A stretch of 57,586 nt of DNA, counting the filler, from Dugesia japonica (Eukaryota), in NCBI GenBank assembly GCA_001938525.1. It is 6 parts of 6 records of this genome, joined end to end, with 100 filler letters (N's around TTAATTAATTAA, not from the genome) between each part and the next. Parts side by side here need not be neighbours in the genome. Positions count along the whole stretch, not along the records: positions 1 to 9,923 come from MQRL01498127.1; positions 10,024 to 19,573 come from MQRL01349995.1; 4 more parts are not named here. The stretch is one strand, 5' to 3'. The notes under the pieces were generated by a model. That model did no database searches, was not told where the DNA came from, and saw nothing but the letters and a program-made list of their open reading frames with translations. Positions 1 through 10,949 of the stretch are shown in pieces. Every line of letters begins with the position of its first letter. Position 1 is the first letter of the stretch. The position numbers were made by a program, and so were the translations under genes.

Positions 1-222
1 ATGTACTACACATCAGACGATATTGTATGCCCTCTATGCTTAGACTATCTTGAAATACACCGAATCCTAGAATGAAGACATTTCTTTTGCTTTAACTGTA
101 TACTCAAGACCTTCCTCCTTTCCAATCTAGATCTTGTCCCTTGTCCAGTTTGCCGTTCATGTAGAATAGATTCTTTCCATAATAAGAGAGTTTCTTTTAT
201 AAAAATACCACCCTNAAAAGTA
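1..222 (+). pseudogene. C3HC4 RING-finger domain relic (TRIM-like RING), about 1 kb upstream of a retroelement PPT
   Basis: Frame 1 reads MYYTSDDIVCPLCLDYLEIHRILE*RHFFCFNCILKTFLLSNLDLVPCPVCR. Spacing is C-x2-C...(C>TGA)-x-H-x2-C-x2-C...C-x2-C. The ORF track misses it because of the stop. Confidence 0.75.
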
Positions 223-1116
223 GGACAGCAACTTAGTATGTTACTAATCCTCAAAGTTCCTTTATTTAACTGTAAAAGAATTATATTACCAAGAGAATAT
301 CCCCCAATTTGGAGATCTGGTCGGAAAATACAATAAAATAACTATCCAGAGAGATCTCATATTAATCAGCCAAATACAAATGATATGTTCACGGTCAAAG
401 TAGTAAATCACTCTAAAAAAGACAAAGATAAAATTTAGCTCCATCTTAATAATGAACTAAGACGTTTCAACAGCAGAATAAAGATACCAGACCGCTTCTA
501 ATTTGTTAGGAAATTTCACACCACTAAAACCGCCTCACAGTTTAACTTGTTTCATAACAAAGATATATCATCCCATAGACTATACTACCAAACGGGCCGT
601 TATCATAATCTTCCTGTCGATGGTGAACAATAAAAAGCAATAATTTAATCACCAATTTTTAAAGTAGCAAATGAATTCGTTGCAGAAGTTCAATCAATAA
701 CAGCAGAAATTGTAGAAGCAGGACATGCAATCCTGTACGTTGACCAAAAGATCACTATGACTAAAATTAAAATTATTACCCAAAAACTATTAGGCGATCT
801 ACAAAAATATGCACTCCTATTTAAACATTATGAATAAAGATTATTATAAAGAAAAAGAAAAACAAGAATTGTGGATAATTGTAAAAAATCAATAAGAAAC
901 GAACCAAAAACTTACAACCTCACCAGACAAAGACAACCCCTTGAGATATTTTCAAGACCAACGCCCCCATACCCTACCTTGCCAAATATCGAAGAAGAGT
1001 TTAACCCTTGTATATTCAACGAGCCTGGCTCTAGTACAATACCCTCCGGACTACATGATAAAAGATGTTCATTCTTTACCTTATTCCTTACTCAAGATGC
1101 AGGTGCATCTTCTTTC

Positions 1117-1130
1117 GAAGGGGGAACATC
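1117..1130 (+). other. Polypurine tract of an LTR retrotransposon
   Basis: GATGCAGGTGCATC hairpin, then TTCTTTC GAAGGGGGAA CATC, immediately followed by TGTTGGAG. This is a typical Gypsy PPT/3'-LTR junction. Confidence 0.6.
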
Positions 1131-2265
1131 TGTTGGAGAAAATACCAACACATAAGCATAAATGCATACACATAAAACATATAGAACACATTTTAATCAA
1201 TCAATTCAAACCAAATTGAGTTCAAATCAAATCCATCAGATAAGCAGTTCCAATCAAAATGAATTATTATTCGATAATCGACAATTGAATATCGACTTTG
1301 AACATTATACTTTTATTCGATCCTGTAAATTTTGTGAACATTATTTGACTATAATCAATTGAATTGAATTATCCTATGAACATTTTATTTTTATTTGACT
1401 ATTCGACCCTGTAAACCTTGTGAACACTATATTATTTTTATCTTGTAATTAATCTTGTAATCATTTTATTATTAATTTTTAATTAATTGTAGTTTATAGA
1501 TATCAAATTATTTCAATATTTACATTACAATTTTGAAATAATTTTACATTATTATTGCAGTTTTGAAATATTTATATTATCACTGTAATTTCGGAATATT
1601 CGAATTTTCATAATTTTATATTACTATTGTAGTTTTGAAATATTTATATTAAATGATGGTAACTGTATAATTTTATAGAAAATTTCTATTTTTAATAAAT
1701 ATTTTATTGTAAATATATATAATTTAATTAATTTATCGTCTTCATTTTCTAGTATAAATACTGTAGCTTAATTCATAAAAAACCACCTTTTTTTAGCTGT
1801 ACAACAGTTTGGATCTTCTCGAGATTCACAACTGAGCTTAATTTTCTTACAAGTATTAAACGCTCAATAAGGCATTAATCTTGATTTGTACAATTGTCGT
1901 ATTTAATCATATATTAATTTTTCAAAAAGTAAATTTATTTCTATAATATAAGGAACACTATGTAGCATATTTAAATCGATATTGTTTTATCTATTATAAA
2001 TCTATTAAGGAATATAGTGTTGGGGTCCCGCCTGAGTCAAGTGGAAAAGTTTGTGGCTGCGTAAAAACAGCCCTCAGGGAGGCCCGTTCAAGAATTTGAC
2101 CTAACGCCCCTAGGGTAGGTTTTCAGTTCATAGCGGTTGACCCTTCTCTTAATAGGAGGTACGCACCTATAAACCTTTATATTCGGGTTCATTATTTTCC
2201 CTATCAGTATTAATGAAAGAAAGAAATTACGATTTTGAGTGCATACATTTTATTTATGAAAATTA

Positions 2266-2394
2266 TTATTGCAAATCCAGTGCCCCTGGATCTAACCACT
2301 GGTTTGTTTCAGTCACCAAGAAGTTGAAGGCGGCGATGTCATCATCGTCGTCCCATTGTGTCACAGTTGGGTTGCCTATTTGTCGGGATACACA
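2266..2394 (-). CDS. Acidic peptide / terminal exon of unknown function inside the LTR-like element
   Basis: CVSRQIGNPTVTQWDDDDDIAAFNFLVTETNQWLDPGALDLQ**, followed by AATAAA. A homolog lies at 5939-6094(+). Confidence 0.55.
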   Translation of the reverse strand, partial: CVSRQIGNPTVTQWDDDDDIAAFNFLVTETNQWLDPGALDLQ

Positions 2395-2603
2395 TTAACG
2401 CGAGCAAGATTAGAGTTTAAGGTGTCTAACAAAGATATATTAATTACAAAACGGTTTCTTAAATATTTATAGTTGGATTATTTCTATTTAAAGAGCTTTT
2501 GGTAATATCTAAAGAGCCCACAACAAGAAACAAGTATCTAATAACCACCCAAACATTTATTCTAATTTATGAAAATCAAAATGTTGTCACATTTGTGTTT
2601 TTT

Positions 2604-3014
2604 TTATGCTAATGAATTGGGTTCCATATTTTCTAGAGCGCCGCCACTAGCTCGATTTCGTAAATCCCACAAGATATTACCAAGATCTATGGAGAATCTG
2701 GTGTCTCTGGGGATGTGGGCGGCAGATACTAGCAACAAGGCGGGTCCGTCCGGCCACACACTAATGGTCTGGTTACTTACTGGATCGAGGATGGTGGTCC
2801 TATGTAACACTTCTTGAGTGCGATCAGGACCAGCCCATTGATAAAAAACTTGGCTCTCTGCTGCGGCCCATTCCATTTCGTTGTCCATGTCTTCACTGGA
2901 CAAGTTGGAATAATCCGTTAAAACACCTGCATTACGGTCATGCGGGTTCTTATATCTTTTAAATATGTTACGCCCTGAGCGACGGTCCCACAGTAGTTCC
3001 AATACATGGTCCAT
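2604..3014 (-). CDS. 136-aa orphan accessory ORF in the LTR-like element
   Basis: Intact, GC-elevated ORF preceded by a splice-acceptor-like TTTATTGTAG (AG at 3026-3025). Confidence 0.55.
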   Translation of the reverse strand: MDHVLELLWDRRSGRNIFKRYKNPHDRNAGVLTDYSNLSSEDMDNEMEWAAAESQVFYQWAGPDRTQEVLHRTTILDPVSNQTISVWPDGPALLLVSAAHIPRDTRFSIDLGNILWDLRNRASGGALENMEPNSLA

Positions 3015-3173
3015 TTATCCAGTTCTACAATAAAGAGTACTTTTTAACACATGAAATAAATTACAAGAATAATTTTAATAGAATTTAACTCCTATGAGCC
3101 AATTTAAAACAACAGGCACGAAGTGCTGATAATCAAATTTAATTTCATCGAAACGGTCTTTAGTCAAGGAAGT

Positions 3174-3356
3174 TCACTCCTCATCGAGATCCACTGGAAT
3201 AGGTAGGAGAAACATCTCTGCAAAGCACGCTAAATCTGTGTCATCGGGATGTTCGATTACGCCGTGCGAGAGTATATGAGCTAGCAACTGCCTATTTCGG
3301 ATTTTACCCCTTTCAATTCGAATTAATTCCAGCATTCTTGATAAAGGATCGGCCAT
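3174..3356 (-). CDS. 60-aa orphan accessory ORF in the LTR-like element
   Basis: ORF MADPLSRML...DLDEE preceded by a strong acceptor TTCTTTTTGTTTTTTTAG (AG at 3371-3370). Confidence 0.5.
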   Translation of the reverse strand: MADPLSRMLELIRIERGKIRNRQLLAHILSHGVIEHPDDTDLACFAEMFLLPIPVDLDEE

Positions 3357-5938
3357 GAGACTGGATAATCTAAAAAAACAAAAAGAACATATTTTGCCTT
3401 TATTTCACCCCAGAATTCAAAAAAATCAGCAAGTAATAAGCTCGGAACGGTCTCTCCCGTTAAAACTAACATCTCCCGGATGGGGCCTAGAACCCGTAAT
3501 CATTGCACAATCCAAGTAAAATTGAGATCTCTAACCTACATGATGCTTGTAAGTCAAACTTGTCATTTTAATTATAGTTAAATTAGCCATAATTGTGTGA
3601 ATTACTGGTACCAGCGTTCTTTAGCTGAAAACATAATTCTCCTCTTATTTATTATTTCATTTCATAACTTCACTCTTATTTATGCGAATAATAATTATGA
3701 AAATTACAGACAACACGGTCGAAAAAGTTTACTTGGCGTTGGTCATTTCTTATGAAATATTATGCCATTAAATTTTAACCTATAATAATCATAACTTTCT
3801 TAAGTAATTTATTTCACCTAGTGAATTTATCTAGAACTTTAATTTAAAAAAAAATTTATGCTTCATGTTTTTCAGGTCACTGGATGAATATAAGCAAGAA
3901 CCACATTTAATGTATCAGTTATTTCCTGTAATTATACTACACCTTGTTCAGGATCGGAATTATTTATTTGACAGTTTAATAAAACTTTATTTCCATTTGT
4001 AGAACACCGGCCTAATTTAATGGTGATTATATTAAATAATTAACTGATTGATAGTTGAGATTTAATCACAGTGTATTTCTAAAAACCGAGGTTATTTAAA
4101 TTATGAAGGTTTGGGTTTCCCTTGGTTACGAGTCAAGGTCGCGAAACTATAATCAATTCACTCCAGTTACTGTACTGGGTGTGGCGGGATGCTGTGTGTG
4201 TGATAGACGCCAGGCAAGTTAGTGAGCAGAATGCATGGAATCAGCGTAATTGCTATGATGTCAAATATTAATTGGTTATGCACAGTAGTTATTGATGTAA
4301 TGATTCGTGCGATTAGAAATTTTGATGCATGATTCAACCAGACCATCGGCGGTATATTCGGCTAACAAACGGGACAATGATACCTTGCATGATTAAGATT
4401 ACGTTTACAGTAAAGTATTGATCTATTACCACATCTACTGCACTTGCTCCAGAATTTTTCTTTAAAAATAAATATCAACAAAATGATCAGTGATTTCTGT
4501 CATTAGAGTAACACACCTGGTAGATATAAAATAAACGCCTGCTGGGAAGGGAGTGGATTTCTGTCTTTTCAAGAAAATAACTATTAGCAAGACACACATA
4601 CTACGTTAATCTAAAACACCATGGTTTTCAAGCATTGATTTATTAATAACAGCATTACTTATTAAATTAAGTTAACGTTGATACTTTCTAAAAATAGCAC
4701 TGGCTAGTTATCTATCATATACAGCATCCTTTATTCAAATGATTAAATCAATTTAAATTAACTACTTTTAGAGATTTATTTGAGATTTGTTTTATTTATA
4801 ACAAAGAATTAGTAGTAATATTAACATAACATACATTTAATTAACAATAACATTACTAAAAATTTATTCAAATGGATTCTGCAACGGGTTATTTCTGTTG
4901 TGAGCAAATTTCTGGTATGGTCTGCTGTTTCTTTTTGACGATTAATCTTCTTGGACGATGGAACCAGTTTCTTTTTAATTCTATCAATGACTTTGATTAA
5001 ACAATTTAACAGGGTTTCGACCTTACTAATTTCCCTTGATTAACTCGGATATTCGTTCCTGATAAAATTAAGTTTCGACTGTGATGTCTTTTACCAAAGT
5101 ATTCTTGGTAATAAGAAAATTAATGGTTTGTGGTTTTAAGATTGATGGTATATTATGGTATTTTTCTAAAATCGGAGGGTTCCTTTTATAAGATTTTAAT
5201 AACACCCAAACTTTGTCATGATTCGTTGATTATTTTTAGATCCACGTTTTTCTGCTGTTATTGGTTCCAATGCCAATTTTCTACAATTTNATTCTAGTTT
5301 TGGTGCCATGATTGGCAGCTATTTTTAGAGAGGCACCTGACAATTTGTTCTTTGTTATATTTTTTTAGGTCTCTCATTGGCCGGATCTTGGAAGCCTTGC
5401 CGCACCCTTCTGAAGGTGGTAAGTTTTTCTTTCCGATAATTCTTAATGACCCTTGTTATTTTCTTCTGGAATTTTCTTGTGCCGTAGTTCTGTGATTTTC
5501 CGAAGCAAAGTTAATCGCATAAAATGAATTTCGACCTCGTTTTATTTCATTTTGAAATTAAATTAATTAATATTTTCTCTTCTATTAATTAATTGTTTTT
5601 ATTCCGATTTTCTTGGTGTTTATTATTATTTAAATAATTCTTCTTAATTCTGATACCTACATGAGTGATTTTATACCACTGAGTTTGTTGAACCGACTTC
5701 GATGGTATTTTTAATTTTCTTTACCTGTTAATTTCCGTTACAAATTTCCGAAATACAATTGCTTCCTTCTTTGAATTCCATTATACGTGAGTTTATGGGT
5801 TTTACTGTTCCTTTTTGTGGATTCCGGATCTTTTGGTCATATTAATTTTCTTCGCGGGTGTTTCACCCCAACAATAGTATTAATTCTTATAACGAAATAT
5901 ATATTGGGATTATCTTACTATTTAAATTGAATTACTAA

Positions 5939-6094
5939 ACTCACGCATTGTTGACTTATCTTGGTCAAATACCACAAGGTATCTCAACAGTAACATGAAC
6001 CACTTGGAATAGTGACGATGATTCGGCCGCGTTTGATTTTACAAACGACGAACCCGCTCAGTGGTTAGACCCGGAGGCGATAGATGTTTTGTAA
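5939..6094 (+). pseudogene. Diverged copy of the LTR-encoded acidic peptide
   Basis: THALLTYLGQIPQGISTVT*TTWNSDDDSAAFDFTNDEPAQWLDPEAIDVL*, followed by AATAAA. Confidence 0.55.
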
Positions 6095-7439
6095 AAATAA
6101 ATGTTTCTTATAAATCACCCTTCTTTGTTTTAATACTCATAAGTAGAAGGGGAAATATTAAACCCAAAATAAATGAGTGCGAGCACGTACCCCAAGTGTG
6201 CGTTGGGAGTCAACTGCTCCATTCCAAAAACCTGACTAGGGACTTAAGGTTAAATTCTTCGTGGGGTCCACTGAGGGCTGATTCCCCCCAGCCATGACTT
6301 TTATAACACCCAATCAGATTGAACCCCAAAAAAATAATTAATTAGTCAATTAAACATTCTTCAATGTTCACATCTTTAAAAATGATTTAAACATTCTTAT
6401 AGAACACAAAGGTAAATAATTTGATAAAATAAAAAATAAAATTTAAAGATTATTTAAGTATATTTTTTTGATTTTTATTGGATATTAATATCGCATAATA
6501 AATTAATTAAACTTTCGGAAATTTTAAAAGAAACACGTTTTACTATGAAATTTCACACAAAATTCTTATTTCCCTATAGATTCATTTAATACTTTTTAAA
6601 ATTTCTAATTTCATTTAAAAGAAAAATATTTATTTATTGATTAGTAAAATTGATTGTTTCACCATGAAATTTCATGATTTTTGTAAAGCAATTCTTCAAA
6701 TGATAATTTATTTTCGAAATCAGAACAATTAGCTTCACAAATTTTTATTACAAATTAAAACTATGGAAATATATTATAAACTTTTCTGAAAGAGAAACAA
6801 AAAATTTATTTAATTTAATTTCAACAATTTCTATTGGTTGAAATTTTTTAATTATTTTTTAATTTTTCCTTATAATTCTAATTGATTTTCTCTACATATA
6901 ATAATCTAGCATGCTTAAAAAATTTATGTTTCAGTTTAATTTGAAATTAATGAAACTTAAATATAAAAATTAATTAATTAAGATCAATTAAATTGAAAAC
7001 TTTGTTTTAATAAGAAAGGGTTAAACTCGAGATAATATAAAATGAAATAATGAGGAATTTGCATAATGAAAATTGATGTTTTAATGAAGTTTAACATATC
7101 AATTCTATAAAAAAAAATGATAAAATTAGATTTATGTAAACTTTATTCTGTCACGTTTTAAAGGTTTTCTCATGTGATTACGTGATACAAATGATCGATT
7201 TATTTTTATTCATTTAATTCACAGTCATAAATAAATAAATGTAAATATTTAATAAAAAATTAAGTTTTTCAAAAATTTTTACATTCTTTCTACAAATAAA
7301 AAAGTTTACTAGTTCAAGATCGAACAATCAAAATAATTTCAAATAAAAACCATTATTTAACTAGGTATTTTATCAGTAGCAAGCCGTCCCTTAATCAAAG
7401 AATGTGCATAGAAAAAAATATTTTTTATAGACAGTGATA

Positions 7440-7650
7440 AGTAGATAGTGCAGCACTGGCTCAGTAACCCCCTGTGCTTGTGTTTTTAAAAAAATTTTTA
7501 AAATGTGATTTTTGAAAAACTTTAAAAAATATACGCTGTGCTTGAATTATTTTTAAAAAAATTTTTAAATGTGCTGGACATTTTCAAGAAAATTTGTAAA
7601 TTGTGCTTGTGTTTTTTAACAATTTTTTAAAATGTGCTCGTGTTTCGCAA
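7440..7650 (+). repeat. Polinton-like terminal fragment with subterminal tandem units
   Basis: AGTAGATAGTGCAGCACTGGCTCAGTAACCCC resembles the start at 9537. It is followed by TGTGCTTGTGTTTTTAAAAAAATTTTTAAAATG-type units. Confidence 0.35.
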
Positions 7651-8410
7651 ATATACAAAGGTATTGTTTTACAAACCTCCAACTTTATCTCAAGCTGACA
7701 GGATGTAGCGCCTGGATTACCGTCAATAAAATTGCATAAAATGTCATTACCAATCAGTGACAGCCAAAACTTTTTTGCCTTATACAGAAGGTCAAAATTA
7801 ACACTCTCGAATTTCATGGTAAAATACTAAATCACTTTATTCAAAATCTTATTATTATGTTCCTTTGCATTACCTATGATTGACAGGAATATATTACTTG
7901 TTTTGTTTTAATACAGTAAACCAAAACTACTTTGTTGTATTTTTACTACACGTATACCACACTAAGATAAACTATATGTACAGCCAAAATACCCTCTCCA
8001 AGATTTTACGTTTTCGTTTGTGGAGTTGCTGTCAAAAAATGAATATCACAAAAGGAAGGTAGAAGATATGGGAAATCCTAGAATAGTTCTTTCATACCAA
8101 CTTCACTGTCAAAGAAAAAATCACTTTTAAAGAAAAAAAATCATTTGCAGAATTTATTTTGAATTAAATCTTTTTATGAATCATATTTATACAAAAGAAA
8201 AGACAAAAAAGATACATATTTACCGTCGATATGGCATGCAAATGAGCTCTGCCAAAAGGGTTCACACCAACCTCCCATCTTTTAGACACCTCGTTTCTGT
8301 CTTATTCGTTCGTTTGCTCAGGATTTGCTCGACATAAATGCCTTCCATTACTCTCTTTCTTCCCGTTTTCTAACGGACCTCTTGTCGGCTTTGATTTCCC
8401 CACCAACCAC

Positions 8411-8815
8411 TCGACTTATTTGGCACATCAATTAGCTCATAAAGGAAAGTTTTCCAATGTTTTGTTCTTGGCAGATTATTATATTGACTGAATTATTATA
8501 TTTGATGAGCAGGGTACTAATGCAAATATGTATTAAATTAGGAATGCACTGGAAATAAAGAAAATAATATAATGAAATATGTATTGAAAAAAATAATATT
8601 TTGTAATCTGAACAACACTTTAATGTATAAGTATTTAATGTCGTAGATTACAAAAATTTATGATGATTATTAAAAGGTATGACAATTGATACTCGAAAAC
8701 ATAAATGAATTTGTTGGACTATAGAGAGCGCAAATCTTTCTAATAAATCAATAATAGATTTTGTGGATCAAAGTGATACAATGAATAACAAACAAATTAC
8801 AGCAATAGTGAGATA
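8411..8815 (+). pseudogene. Possible highly decayed parvovirus/densovirus-like SF3 helicase fragment
   Basis: STYLAHQLAHKGKFSN...*IIIFDE (Walker-B-like), later LLKGMTIDTRKHK...LSN (B'/C-like). Many stops and no intact Walker A. Confidence 0.3.
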
Positions 8816-9536
8816 ATCCCAAAAGAATTAAGTAATAATATTCTATCATTTTCAGGCTAACAGAAGTTTTAACGAAAATCGAAATAATTATCAATAAAAA
8901 GCATGATGAAAAGAAATAAAAGATAGAAATTGTGATGTATTTTAAAAATATTTATTATTTAAGTGTGGATGTCGTCTAAATTTTAGTAACTTTATTGCTT
9001 ATCAATAACATAGCGTCACGATCATTGCTGGAGGAACTTATTGACTAGTTAAATGAAAAAACGATATTTTCCAAGAAATTTACAATCGGAGAAAATATTT
9101 CTATTCATATTTACCGAATTCGAAAAAATTGTCGAACATAAAATCGGGGATCACTTTTGGTTTCCAAAGTATTTTACATAGAATTTTTCGAAAAATAATT
9201 TCATCTCAAAATAGGTATATTCGATAGAAAATATTTCACTGATTCTAGACATGGTAACTTGAAATCACCAAAGTTAGCCCTCGATGAAATAAATGAGGTT
9301 TTGTAGTGAAAAACTCAAATTTAATATTTTAGCGCTCAAAGTTCTGTGCACAGATAACAGCTATGGACTCGAATCTGACATTCTTGACCTCAGGAGGAAA
9401 AAGCAACTGTACAAAGTTAAAATATCGTCTCGGCAAAAATGCTTCTTAACGAAGATATAAAGCTGTCCTCCTAGATTCGATAACTTTTTTCAAAAATATC
9501 AAATGTAACTCAACATTTATCGAAATTAATATATTT

Positions 9537-9923
9537 AGTAGGTAGATAGTAGCGCACTGGATCAGACCCCATGTCAAGGTCAAATTTTTCCAAGGTCAGT
9601 GATCTAATATACTCAATTTTGATTGGTGGAATATTTCAAGGTCCAATGAATGTAAGTCAAGATTAAATGACTGTAGGTCAAGGTCATTTCCTTGAGAATC
9701 ATTAGTAGGTCAATGTCAACTATAATCTGGGTAGATTTAATATTATTATTTCCCGGGCATACCTAATATTATTAATCCTCAGCCGACTTAATATAATTAA
9801 TCTTCGAACAGACATATTATTATCAATACGCGAGCAGACTTAATATTAAAATTCCCTGTTATCTAATTCATTTTCTAATTAAATTCTCGAAATGAATCAT
9901 TTCCCCAATGATTCACATTTCTT
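9537..9923 (+). repeat. Polinton/Maverick-like terminal inverted repeat start
   Basis: Begins AGTAGGTAGATAGTAG ((AGT)n-like terminus), then repeated CAAGGTCA motifs and ~27-bp GAC(T/A)TAATATT units. It is truncated by the contig end. Confidence 0.45.
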
Positions 9924-10023
9924 NNNNNNNNNNNNNNNNNNNNNNNNNNNNNNNNNNNNNNNNNNNNTTAATTAATTAANNNNNNNNNNNNNNNNNNNNN
10001 NNNNNNNNNNNNNNNNNNNNNNN
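9924..10023. other. Artificial contig spacer N44-TTAATTAATTAA-N44
   Basis: Six-frame stop linker flanked by Ns, exactly 100 bp. Confidence 0.97.
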
Positions 10024-10482
10024 ATTATTTTTAGAAATTAGACAGTTTAATGCAATAACAGAAAGATAAGCGCTTCCTATGCCAAATGTGGACGAAATGC
10101 TAGATTCTTTGAAAGGTACGCAATATAATAGCTCAATAGAATGGGGAAATGCATACTAATAAGTAGAACTCAGTGAAGATTATCAAGAAAAGACGGCATT
10201 TTCGACCAAACAAGGGCAATTTGGTTTCAATAGAATGCCTTTGGAATTGCAGTAGCACCAAGTACGTTCTAGGAAATGATGAATAAAGTATTCGGAAAAA
10301 TAAAAGGAGCGATGGTTTATCTAGATGATATTCTCATATTTACGGAAACAAAGGAGCAATACTATGAAATAATCAATACATTATTAACAGAAATTGAGAA
10401 GGCTGGTCTTAGAGTTAATCCGGAAAATTTTCAAAACATGCGAAAGGAGATCAAATTTTTGGGATACGCTATCAGTAAATAA
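10024..10482 (+). pseudogene. Ty3/Gypsy reverse transcriptase fragment
   Basis: PMPNVDEMLDSL, KTAFST..GQF.FNRMP and VYLDDILIF motifs, with stops and frameshifts. Confidence 0.9.
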
Positions 10483-10795
10483 TAATTTTAAATAAATAAA
10501 TTTCAGTTTTAGATTTTGAAAAATGATTACCAATGAAAACACGGGATTTTAATTTGTTTGTTTAACAAATATTGTTGGATATAGTTTCGATTTTCAATAA
10601 AGTGTTGTAATGAATTCGAATTTTGATATTAATGATACGTTGAGCTTCCAAAATCAGCTAACAATATTCATTTCTATTTCATTTAAAATACCAAGACCAA
10701 CTTCTTTAGATTTTGAAATCTGAGACATTTTATATATGTAAATAAATTTTGCCCCTGGAGCAGTTGCGAGAGATTTTTTTATTTAAATTTGTAAA

Positions 10796-10949
10796 AAGAT
10801 GCAAAAATATGTTTCTCGAGCCGAGATTTGTGAGGCAANATATAAAAAAAGATGTAAAAATATGTTTCAAGATGTAAAACGCTGTTTCAAGATGCGAACA
10901 TGATGTTTTAAGATGTAAAGAAAGTCCTCACTTACTCATCCTCATCCTA
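10796..10949. repeat. Tandem ~20-bp AAGATGTAAAA..TGTTTC units (possible MITE end)
   Basis: Five or six imperfect repeats are directly visible. Confidence 0.5.

Larger units (their letters stand above)
2018..5873 (-). mobile_element. 3856-bp integrase-inserted element (giant solo-LTR-like) with 9-bp terminal inverted repeats and 4-bp TSD
   Basis: Termini TGTTGGGGT (2018-2026) and ACCCCAACA (5865-5873). ATAG on both flanks (2014-2017, 5874-5877). Minus-strand TATAAAA at 5675-5669 and AATAAA at 2254-2249. Confidence 0.8.
1131..6330 (+). mobile_element. 3' LTR of an older retroelement (about 1.34 kb of its own sequence: 1131-2017 plus 5878-6330), interrupted by a nested related element
   Basis: Starts TGTTGG after the PPT and ends GAACCCCAAA. 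TATAAATA at 1753-1760, AATAAA at 6096-6101, internal tandem subrepeats at 1290-1650. Segment 5940-6330 is homologous to the reverse complement of 2018-2400. Confidence 0.55.

Noticed and set aside
700-745. EIVEAGHAIL resembling the HEAGH metalloprotease motif
   Set aside because: The first His is absent and there is no supporting context.
5070-5520. HDKVWV on the minus strand as an integrase C-terminal relic inside the 3.86-kb element
   Set aside because: No DDE or GPY/F motif is recognisable, so it is too weak to call. It remains the main alternative reading of that element.
9968-9979. Recurrent TTAATTAATTAA as a biological repeat or CRISPR-like element
   Set aside because: It is always centred in N44 flanks, so it is an assembly linker.
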